Positions 28,382 to 36,867 of a stretch of DNA of 64,000 nt are shown piece by piece. Made by a program: the position numbers and the translations under genes. A model generated the notes under the pieces. That model was not told where the DNA came from, ran no database searches, and saw nothing but the letters and a program-made list of their open reading frames with translations. The stretch is from Candidatus Saccharibacteria bacterium CPR2. Lineage in GTDB: Bacteria > Patescibacteriota > Saccharimonadia > Saccharimonadales > QWHN01. Position 1 is the stretch's first letter, and each line of letters begins with the position of its first letter. The DNA lies in the NCBI GenBank assembly GCA_021404905.1, contig QWHN01000005.1, forward strand, positions 16,102-80,101, read 5' to 3'.

Positions 28382-28690
28382 AAAAAAGACCTCTTAGCTT
28401 AAGGCTTTAGTAGAAGCACATTAACATTTTACATAACAAAAAGAACGAACAGTTCGAGGTCAGCTAACTGGCAATCAGCAGGTGGCAATTAGGGATAACC
28501 ACCTCACAAACCCTTGTACATTCTTTAGAAAAAACATCTCCCAAAAAAACTCCACCTCACACATAAGTCTCTCATGGATCTATCTAATGGACTTTAGAGA
28601 ATTTCTTCGCAAATTCTTTACACCACAACAATTCCATTAGTTTTTAAAACAAAAACACTACAAAAAAACAAACAGCTGATTGCTGGTTAG

Positions 28691-29599
28691 GTGACCTTAA
28701 ACAAATATCCACCACACCAACTCCATAAACCGGTACTTTTAAAGCAGGCTACAATTCTACTAAAGCCGATCAAGGGCGAAAAATATCTCGACCTAACGGC
28801 AGGTTTTGGCGGCCATGCCAAAGAAGTACTGGAAAAAGTCGGCAATGGGAAAAATCTAACCCTAGTCGACCGTGATCTGGTAGCTATATCAGCTCTTGAT
28901 TCTTTTAGAAAGCTGGGAGCAGAAGTTATCCATGATAGTTTTTATGCTGCTGTAACAAAGCTGCGAAAAGAGAATAGAACATTCGATATGGTTATGCTGG
29001 ATCTGGGTGTGTCGTCACCGCAACTAGATAGTCCCGAGCGCGGATTTAGTTTCAGCCGGAATAGCAAGCTGGACATGCGCATGGACGCGTCGCAGAAACT
29101 TTCTGCGCTGGAAATAGTTAACGAATGGCCTGTCGATAAAATTGCCAGTATCATTCAAAACTATAGCGAAGATCCTTTTGCCCGCGCCATTGCCCGTGCC
29201 ATTGTCGATTCACGGCCGCACGAATCTACGAAGCGACTCGCGGATGTCATTTCAAGAGCTGTTCGGAGCAGGGTAGGGGGTTCAAGATCTAGGATCCATC
29301 CTGCAACGCGTACCTTTCAAGCACTAAGAATCGCTGTCAACGATGAGCTTGGGCAACTTGAAAAAACATTGCCGATGTTGCCTGATCTTATGAAAATTGG
29401 CGGAAGGCTGGTAATTATTAGCTTTCATTCCTTGGAAGATAGAATTGCGAAAAATTTTCTTCAGGAGGAATCCAGTTCCGGATACGAAAGCAGATTAAAA
29501 TTACTCGCTAAACGTCCAATTAGCGGTTCAGAATACGACGCATCAAATCCGCGGGCGCGAAGTGCAAAGCTTCGCGGCGCAGTGAAAATAAAAACGTAA
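28691..29599 (+). CDS. rsmH: 16S rRNA (cytosine1402-N4)-methyltransferase
   Basis: 302 aa with GTG start. HKPVLL, DLTAGFGGH, DLGVSSPQLD and SFHSLEDR motifs. Confidence 0.9.
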   Translation: MTLNKYPPHQLHKPVLLKQATILLKPIKGEKYLDLTAGFGGHAKEVLEKVGNGKNLTLVDRDLVAISALDSFRKLGAEVIHDSFYAAVTKLRKENRTFDMVMLDLGVSSPQLDSPERGFSFSRNSKLDMRMDASQKLSALEIVNEWPVDKIASIIQNYSEDPFARAIARAIVDSRPHESTKRLADVISRAVRSRVGGSRSRIHPATRTFQALRIAVNDELGQLEKTLPMLPDLMKIGGRLVIISFHSLEDRIAKNFLQEESSSGYESRLKLLAKRPISGSEYDASNPRARSAKLRGAVKIKT

Positions 29600-29700
29600 A
29601 AAAAGAAAGGAGCACTTAAAAACTATGCCTATCAAAGTTAGAAGTAGCTCCCGAACGTACAAAGTTCAGGTTCGCGTAACCTAGACTTTTGTAGCAAAGA

Positions 29701-29732
29701 GAGATCGGTCTATAAAAATTTAGACCGATCTC
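29701..29732. other. Perfect 12-bp stem-loop in the rsmH-ftsL spacer
   Basis: gagatcggtcta / taaaaatt / tagaccgatctc. No U-tract on either strand, so it is not a canonical terminator. Confidence 0.6.
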
Positions 29733-29771
29733 ATCGGGCGAAAAATAAAAACAAAAAAGGTAAAAACATTT

Positions 29772-30113
29772 ATGTCATTCCAAACAGTAGCTATTAGACA
29801 ACGCTCATGGCGCCGCAATCAAAACACAGAGAGATTCCAAAGTTATGAAAAAAAATTTGGTCCCGTATCAAACGCTTTGATGATGGCGATATTAATTTGT
29901 GTACTGGGCTTGCTTTATTTAACCCAGGTAACAAAAACCAGCAGCTATGGTTATAAAATAAATGAGTTGACAACTAAAAAAGCTCAGCTGGAAGATGAGA
30001 ATCGGGCACTGCAGGTTGAAGCAGCAAGACTACAAGCGCTAGACAGAGTTAAAAATAGTGATGTTGCAAAAAACTTAGTAACACCTTCAGGTGTTACTTA
30101 CACAAACCCGTAA
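29772..30113 (+). CDS. ftsL: FtsL-like cell division protein
   Basis: 113 aa. Basic N-terminus, single TM (ALMMAILICVLGLLYL), then a short coiled coil. Sits at the position between rsmH and ftsI. Confidence 0.6.
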   Translation: MSFQTVAIRQRSWRRNQNTERFQSYEKKFGPVSNALMMAILICVLGLLYLTQVTKTSSYGYKINELTTKKAQLEDENRALQVEAARLQALDRVKNSDVAKNLVTPSGVTYTNP

Positions 30114-30125
30114 AAATATCTATCG

Positions 30126-31880
30126 ATGGTTCCCAGTTCTCAAACACCAACTATTTATTGGCGTAGCCGCATTTTATATGTTGTCTTGGCTTTATTTGGC
30201 GCAATCTTTTTTCTGAGACTTGGATACATACAAATACTACAAAATAAACACTACCAAGTTATAGCCCAGGAAGAACATGAGAAAAAATTTGCTGTTCCTT
30301 CAGAGAGAGGGGAGATATATTTAAAGGATGGCGACAAACAAGTGCCACTTGTATTGAATGAAACTGTGTTTACAGTTTTTGCAGACCCTCGGTTTATTGA
30401 GAACGTTGATTCTACCGCTGCGAGTATTGCGGAAGTCATTGGCGGTAATATTAGCGACTATAAAGCGAAATTATCAGATAAGGACACTGCTTATACGGTT
30501 CTTGGAAGACGAATTTCGCGGGAAAAAGCGCTAATCCTGGAGGAAAAACAACTAAAAGGGGTTGGTTTACAAGAGGGTTCACAAAGAGTGTATCCCGAGG
30601 GTAATCTTGCGAATCAGATTTTAGGATTTGTAAATGACGAAGGCAATGGCCAATATGGTATTGAGGAGTATTTAAACACAGAGTTGAAAGGCAAGGACGG
30701 ACTTTTGAAAGCAATAACTGACGTTCGGGGAGTTCCTTTGCCAACTGGTGAAGATAATATTGTCAGGCCCCCAGAAAAAGGAGCTGATATTATACTTACA
30801 ATTGACCGCAACATCCAAAGAGCCGTTCAGGATGCTTTGAAAAAAGGCGTTGAAAACAGCAAAGGAGACTCTGGCAGCGCAATTGTAATGGACCCAAACA
30901 CAGGAGCAATAAAAGCTATGGCTAACTATCCAGACTATGAACCGGCAAAATATGGTGATGTTCCTCAAGATAAATATAGCGTATTTCAAAATGCCACCGT
31001 GAATGAAAGTTATGAAGCAGGCTCTGTAGTGAAGGTGTTTACAATGGCCTCAGGGCTGAATGAAAGGGCAGTCACCAAAGATATGACTTACTATGATTCT
31101 GGTTCAGTTGAAGTTGATGGTTGGAAGATAGAAAATGCTGGCGGTTCTGGTGGAAAAACTCGAACTATGCTTGACGTAATATCGCATTCTGTGAACACTG
31201 GGGTTGTATTTGTCTTAAAGCAATTGGGCGGCGGGGAAATAAATGAAAAATCGAGGAATATTTTATACGATTATTTCACAAGAAAATTTGGATTGGGCTC
31301 AAATACTGGAATTGAACAGGCGGATGAAGATCCCGGCGTAATCAATGGACCAAATACTGGAGAAGGGGATAATATACGCTATGCCAATATGACATTCGGG
31401 CAAGGTATGCGAACGACGATGGTTCAAATGGCAGCGGCGTTTTCATCCTTAATAAACGGGGGAACTTATTACAAACCCTATTTGGTAGAAAGTAAAACGA
31501 TTAACGATAAAACTAACTATATTGAACCGCAGTCTCTTAGACCAGATTTAATATCAGCAGATGCTCAAAATCAGCTAAAGGATATGATGCGCGAAGTTAT
31601 GGTCGTTGGAGGCGGCTATAAAGCCAGAAGGGCCGGATATATTTTGGGAGGTAAAACTGGCACTGCTCAAATACCGGATGAAAACGGCCAGTATACTAAA
31701 AAGGAAGAAATCGGATCATTTATTGGCTATGGCGCCGGCAAGACTCCGCAGTATGTAATTATGACGCGCGTCAACAAACCTAAAATTGCCGGTTATGCTG
31801 GTACGGAGGCTGCATCGCCGATATTTGCCGATATTTCTGATTATTTAATTGGATATTATAAGATAGCTCCGGTTGAGTAG
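30126..31880 (+). CDS. ftsI: Class B penicillin-binding protein / peptidoglycan D,D-transpeptidase
   Basis: 584 aa. N-terminal TM, PBP dimer domain, and transpeptidase motifs SxxK (SVVK), SxN (SVN) and KTG (KTGTA). Confidence 0.85.
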   Translation: MVPSSQTPTIYWRSRILYVVLALFGAIFFLRLGYIQILQNKHYQVIAQEEHEKKFAVPSERGEIYLKDGDKQVPLVLNETVFTVFADPRFIENVDSTAASIAEVIGGNISDYKAKLSDKDTAYTVLGRRISREKALILEEKQLKGVGLQEGSQRVYPEGNLANQILGFVNDEGNGQYGIEEYLNTELKGKDGLLKAITDVRGVPLPTGEDNIVRPPEKGADIILTIDRNIQRAVQDALKKGVENSKGDSGSAIVMDPNTGAIKAMANYPDYEPAKYGDVPQDKYSVFQNATVNESYEAGSVVKVFTMASGLNERAVTKDMTYYDSGSVEVDGWKIENAGGSGGKTRTMLDVISHSVNTGVVFVLKQLGGGEINEKSRNILYDYFTRKFGLGSNTGIEQADEDPGVINGPNTGEGDNIRYANMTFGQGMRTTMVQMAAAFSSLINGGTYYKPYLVESKTINDKTNYIEPQSLRPDLISADAQNQLKDMMREVMVVGGGYKARRAGYILGGKTGTAQIPDENGQYTKKEEIGSFIGYGAGKTPQYVIMTRVNKPKIAGYAGTEAASPIFADISDYLIGYYKIAPVE

Positions 31881-31919
31881 GATATGGAATATAGGTGATA
31901 CAATAAGGGGTAGCGAATT

Positions 31920-32957
31920 ATGGATATTTTTAACATTAAATACTTTAGCAATGAAGCTGTTAACACCATAATGTTGGGAACTTTAGCATTCTCTTTATCT
32001 ATGTTAATAACGCCGATTTACACAACCTTTGCTTATCGTTATAAGCTATGGAAAAAACCGCGCCAAAGTACTTTAACAGGTGAGGCAGCTAAGGTTTTTA
32101 CTAAACTGCACAAAGCCAAGCATCGCCGGCACATTCCAACTATGGCGGGTTTAATATTCTTACTTTCAATTGTAATCGTAACCGTATTTTATAACTTTAA
32201 CCGTCAGCAGACTTGGTTGCCTCTAGCGGCGACTATAGGCGCCGGGATGATTGGATTTGTAGATGATATTATCAATCTTCGAGGTGTAGGGAAGGGGATC
32301 GCTGGACTCAATTCGAAGATAAAATTTCTGTCCATACTAATAGTTGCCGGTATAGGTGGGTGGTATTTTTACTTTAAGCTCGGATATGATACGTTCAATA
32401 TTCCATTTGCAGGCGAGGTAAATATAGGTTGGCTATTAATTCCGCTGTTTATGCTAGTAGTAGTATCAACTGCTAATGCCGTAAATATCACTGACGGGTT
32501 AGACGGGCTCGCTGGTGGATTATTAACAAGCGCGTTTTTGGTTTATGCATTAATTGCATTTTTACAAGGCAACTATGGAATAGCCGGGTTTTGCGTGACA
32601 ATTGTGGGAGCATTACTATCTTATGTTTGGTTTAACATATATCCAGCAAGATTTTTTATGGGAGACATTGGGTCTTTTGCGCTTGGCACAGCACTGGGAG
32701 TAGTCGCTATGCTAACTGATACGCTGGTTTTATTGCCAGTTATTGGAATAGTATTTGTCATAGAAGCTGGCTCAAGCTTGATCCAGGTTCTTTCCAAAAA
32801 AATATTAGGCCGAAAAATTTTTCAAAGCGCCCCGATTCATCATCATTTTGAGGCTATAGGATGGCCAGAGACTAAGGTCACAATGAGATTCTGGCTGATT
32901 GGCCAAATGGCCGGTGTTCTTGGCTTAATTATCGCCTTAATTGGGGGGCTGGTATGA
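31920..32957 (+). CDS. mraY: Phospho-N-acetylmuramoyl-pentapeptide transferase
   Basis: 345 aa polytopic protein. NAVNITDGLDGLA, MGDIGS and PIHHHFE motifs. Confidence 0.9.
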   Translation: MDIFNIKYFSNEAVNTIMLGTLAFSLSMLITPIYTTFAYRYKLWKKPRQSTLTGEAAKVFTKLHKAKHRRHIPTMAGLIFLLSIVIVTVFYNFNRQQTWLPLAATIGAGMIGFVDDIINLRGVGKGIAGLNSKIKFLSILIVAGIGGWYFYFKLGYDTFNIPFAGEVNIGWLLIPLFMLVVVSTANAVNITDGLDGLAGGLLTSAFLVYALIAFLQGNYGIAGFCVTIVGALLSYVWFNIYPARFFMGDIGSFALGTALGVVAMLTDTLVLLPVIGIVFVIEAGSSLIQVLSKKILGRKIFQSAPIHHHFEAIGWPETKVTMRFWLIGQMAGVLGLIIALIGGLV

Positions 32958-34171
32958 GTTATTCGCAGCGAGGGTCGCTGAGTTTGCCTTTCAGGCGGCA
33001 TCGTCCTGATTACGGCATTATTTTAATTACAGGAATTCTTATATTGCTGGGGCTAATATTAATCTATTCTATAAGTCCCGCGCTTCAGCAGAGGTCGCAG
33101 GAACCAATTAGTGAATATCATTTTATTTATCGCCAGCTTGCGTTTATAGGAATAGGGTTGGTTGTGTTTATGCTAAGCGCTAAACTTCCGTTAAGAGTGT
33201 GGCGTGATTTATTACCGGTGTTGGTAATATTATCTATTTTATCTTTGCTGCTGTTGCCAATAATAGGCACAGAAGCTAATGGCGCCAAACGCTGGATTGA
33301 TATTGGCTGGTTCTGGTTTCAGCCGGCTGAGCTTGTAAAATTTACCATGATAATATATTTGGCGAATTTTTTAAGCGAAAGAACCAGATTGGAGAAAATT
33401 AACGATCGCAGCCATACTATTTGGCCGTTTTTGTTTGTGTTGCTGGGGGTAGGTTTATTCGTGGTAATACTGCAAAAAGACTTAGGAACGATGATCTCAA
33501 TAGTTTTTATCGCACTTACTATGCTTTATATGAGCGGAGTAAAAGTGCGCGATTTCCTGACCATTTGCGCGGCGCTTGTTGGTTTAGGAATTGGCGCAGT
33601 GATAATGTTTCCGCATCGCCTCAGTAGAATAACAGCATTTTTACACCCGGAGGATAATACCGAAAGTACAAGTTATCACATAAACCAAGCATTGATTGCT
33701 ATCGGCAGCGGCGGATGGTTGGGTAGGGGACTGGGCAAAAGCGTGCAGGTTTTTGGATATTTGCCAGAACCTGCCAACGACTCAATTTTCGCGATACTGG
33801 CAGAAAAATTTGGGTTTATCGGATCCGTATTCGTTTTATTTTTATACGGCGCTTTATTCGTAAAAATATTAAGAATTATTCCGCGCTCGCCAAATCAATT
33901 TACATGTTTAATTACTAGTGGTGTTTTTGCCTGGCTCTTTGGCCATGTTGTTATAAATATCGGGGCAATGATCGGAATATTGCCTTTAACTGGTATAACA
34001 CTGCCATTTATTAGTTTGGGCGGTTCCAGTATGGTATTTATCTTAGGCGGCTTAGGTATCGTATTTAATATCTCGAGATTTACTGATCTAAGTCCTGTTG
34101 TAAAAGGAGGCAAGTCATATGAGAGTACTGCTCTGCGGGGGAGGCACGGGCGGCCACGTTATGCCGCTTAG
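32954..34171 (+). CDS. ftsW: SEDS-family peptidoglycan glycosyltransferase FtsW/RodA
   Basis: 405 aa with about 10 TM helices. QPAELVKF, NDSIFA and TGITLPFISLGGSS motifs. Confidence 0.85.
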   Translation: MSYSQRGSLSLPFRRHRPDYGIILITGILILLGLILIYSISPALQQRSQEPISEYHFIYRQLAFIGIGLVVFMLSAKLPLRVWRDLLPVLVILSILSLLLLPIIGTEANGAKRWIDIGWFWFQPAELVKFTMIIYLANFLSERTRLEKINDRSHTIWPFLFVLLGVGLFVVILQKDLGTMISIVFIALTMLYMSGVKVRDFLTICAALVGLGIGAVIMFPHRLSRITAFLHPEDNTESTSYHINQALIAIGSGGWLGRGLGKSVQVFGYLPEPANDSIFAILAEKFGFIGSVFVLFLYGALFVKILRIIPRSPNQFTCLITSGVFAWLFGHVVINIGAMIGILPLTGITLPFISLGGSSMVFILGGLGIVFNISRFTDLSPVVKGGKSYESTALRGRHGRPRYAA

Positions 34172-35315
34172 TGCTATAGCCGATGAATTAAAAGAACATG
34201 ACTCTGACAATAAACTAATATTTGTCGGCCAGCGTGGAGATAAATTTGCCAGTAATTTAGCCGGTAATCCGAGTATCGACAGAGCTAAAATGATAATGGC
34301 AGGCAAATTTCGACGTTATGCCGGTGTCCCCTGGTGGCGACAAATCCTGGATATACCAACGTTATTACTCAATATTCGTGATGCCTTGCTGGTAATTATC
34401 GGTTTTTTCCAATCTTTAGTCATAGTTGCGTCAGAAAAACCAGACATTGTTTTTATAAAAGGGGGTTTTGTAGGCGTACCTGTTGGTTTTGCTGCCGGCT
34501 TACTTGGCAAGAAAATTATTACGCATGACTCTGATGCATACCCAGGGCTTGCCAACAGAATTATCGGACATTGGGTTTCTATCCACACAGTCGGCATGCC
34601 TCCTGAATATTATAATTATGATAAGAGTAAAACTGTAAGAGTCGGCATTCCCGTTGCGGATGTTTTTCAAAAAGTTGACGCCAGGCAACAGCATGAGTTA
34701 AAGAGAAAACTAGGCTTTAACGAAAATATGACCCTACTGCTTGTTACTGGAGGGTCTCAGGGTGCCAAAAACGTAAATGATATAATTACAAACTCAGCCA
34801 AAGAGATACTGAGTTTAGATAATATCGAGATCGCTCATGTAGCTGGGAGTTCAAATTATGATGAGGTCATCGATAAAATAGACAATACACTGGATAAAAA
34901 CGAACGCGGTAATTACCACATATTTCCTTACATAAAGGGGAATATGCACGAATATAGTGGGGCTGCCGACATTATTATTTCAAGAGGCGGCTCAGCAATA
35001 GCAGAATTTGCCGCTCAGCAAAAACCGGTGATAATTATTCCTAATCCTATGTTAGCGGGGGATCATCAGTCGATAAATGCTAAAATTTATAATGAAGCCA
35101 AAGCTACTATGGTGGTTGATGAAGAAAAAGCTAAAAAACAACCTCAACTGGTTGTAGGAAAAATAAAAGAATTACTGGACTCACCTCAACTTCGCCAAAG
35201 GCTTGCAGGTAATTTATGTAAATTTTTTAAAACTGATGCCACTAAAGAAATAGTTAAAATTATCGAAAATACAAATAATAGAAAAGAAAACAATGAAGAT
35301 CCAAAGACCCCGTAA
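34119..35315 (+). CDS. murG: UDP-GlcNAc:lipid I N-acetylglucosaminyltransferase
   Basis: 398 aa. N-terminal G-loop CGGGTGGHVMP, plus TGGSQGA and SRGGSAIAE. The 5' end overlaps the ftsW 3' end by 53 nt. Confidence 0.85.
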   Translation: MRVLLCGGGTGGHVMPLSAIADELKEHDSDNKLIFVGQRGDKFASNLAGNPSIDRAKMIMAGKFRRYAGVPWWRQILDIPTLLLNIRDALLVIIGFFQSLVIVASEKPDIVFIKGGFVGVPVGFAAGLLGKKIITHDSDAYPGLANRIIGHWVSIHTVGMPPEYYNYDKSKTVRVGIPVADVFQKVDARQQHELKRKLGFNENMTLLLVTGGSQGAKNVNDIITNSAKEILSLDNIEIAHVAGSSNYDEVIDKIDNTLDKNERGNYHIFPYIKGNMHEYSGAADIIISRGGSAIAEFAAQQKPVIIIPNPMLAGDHQSINAKIYNEAKATMVVDEEKAKKQPQLVVGKIKELLDSPQLRQRLAGNLCKFFKTDATKEIVKIIENTNNRKENNEDPKTP

Positions 35316-36186
35316 CCCTTTGTTAAAACAGAAACGCTTTTCTGAATATGACTATTCAAAAGTAGTTAATAAGCACGACAAATCTTTTAAGTCATCTCGT
35401 CCAGAAAATAACATTGCTCGCCATAAAAGGAAACCGGTCTTTGGTTTTATAACGCGTTCTTTATTGCTGATAATATTTTTATTTGTAATTTATATGGCAA
35501 CCACAGTAAAAAATATTGATATTGCAATAATAGAAGAAGGGCCTAACAATACTGCCAGCGTAAAAAACGATTCTGGCCAACAGATGTCTGACTATCTTGG
35601 TTGGTTTGAAAAACGGCTTAATTCTAAAATTTGGGGCAAAAACATACTTTTTATGAACGAAGCCGAGATGTTAGAGGATTTTACCGCTGATAACTTATTA
35701 GTTAAAAGCGCTTCATTTGGCTTTAATTATGCAAGTGGCAGTCTCAAAGTAAATGTTCAACCAAGAGAACCAATGGCAAGATATTCCACTAGCGATAAAA
35801 TCCTGATTCTAGATAATGAAGGATTTGCATTCTCAGATAATGCCAATAATTATAACAACTTGCCATTAATAAAAGATGAAGCTCAATTTGGAGGAATACT
35901 TGGCAAACAAGCAATCGATACTAATACGGCTTTGTATATAAACCAATTTAGCAGTTTATCTAGTGAGCGTTCTTTAAATGTTGAATACTTTGTCATACCT
36001 CAAGCAATACGTGAGGTGTATATTAAATTTTCAAGCAATAAATACATAATAAAAACTCACATGGACATGGGGCCGGAAGCTTCTCTTAATGCCTATGAGA
36101 AGGCACTAGGCTATGTTGCTTCATCCGGGATTAATGTTAGTGAATATATTGACCTAAGAGTAGAAGGAAAAGCAATATATAAATAA
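35293..36186 (+). CDS. FtsQ/DivIB-like cell division protein (putative)
   Basis: 297 aa. Basic cytoplasmic N-terminus, one TM (LLLIIFLFVIYMATT), then an extracytoplasmic domain. Call is based on position after murG and topology, not on a recognised motif. Confidence 0.5.
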   Translation: MKIQRPRNPLLKQKRFSEYDYSKVVNKHDKSFKSSRPENNIARHKRKPVFGFITRSLLLIIFLFVIYMATTVKNIDIAIIEEGPNNTASVKNDSGQQMSDYLGWFEKRLNSKIWGKNILFMNEAEMLEDFTADNLLVKSASFGFNYASGSLKVNVQPREPMARYSTSDKILILDNEGFAFSDNANNYNNLPLIKDEAQFGGILGKQAIDTNTALYINQFSSLSSERSLNVEYFVIPQAIREVYIKFSSNKYIIKTHMDMGPEASLNAYEKALGYVASSGINVSEYIDLRVEGKAIYK

Positions 36187-36867
36187 GAAGAACAGGCAGT
36201 GGGGCAGTGCAATTTAAGAGCTTGGCATTTAGTGGGCTTGTTAATATTTATTTAAAAAATGCACACTGTATGTTTATTTATAAGACTAATAAAAATTTGT
36301 GAGAAATCTAACAATCCTGCTCTCTTCCAAAGTTCGCATTTTGTTCTCTCTGAATGTTTGGATACTGAATAAACTATATAAATACATAATAAAATATCTA
36401 TGTCAAATTGTAAGAGAATAGTGAAGTGGGGTAATAATCAACGTGCCATGTCAAATGCAAAAAATGCAACAACTGTGGATAAACCATAGGCACTTTATGT
36501 ATTTAGACAATGTGCACTCAATACCAATGCAATAAATAAAAATATATTTAATTAGTGGCAACGAAAGCTTAAAATAGTAAATTTTATGTTGGTATATCAG
36601 TCTAGCCCCCTACTACAAAGGTATGAGACTTCATAAACAGGACGCATATAACAAGACGTAAAATATACATTGTGCGACATGCTGTCGATGTGTATTTATA
36701 CCCTCTACAGTCCATATTGTCTGGTTAAATTTACTTATGAATTTTGTATTTTTAATAATTTTTATACCGCTACTTTCTTTTTGTTGGTCTAAAAGATTTT
36801 TATGTTGCTGGTATTTCTTATTAATTATTTACAACAGCCTATAATTAAAAGTACGAGAAATGTACGA

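Noticed and set aside
28472-28684. 9-bp complementarity (gcaatcagc at 28472-28480 with gctgattgc at 28676-28684) that could occlude the rsmH start region
   Set aside because: A single 9-bp match within about 300 nt is expected by chance at an appreciable rate (my rough estimate is on the order of 0.1-0.2). It is not reported as a finding without comparative support.
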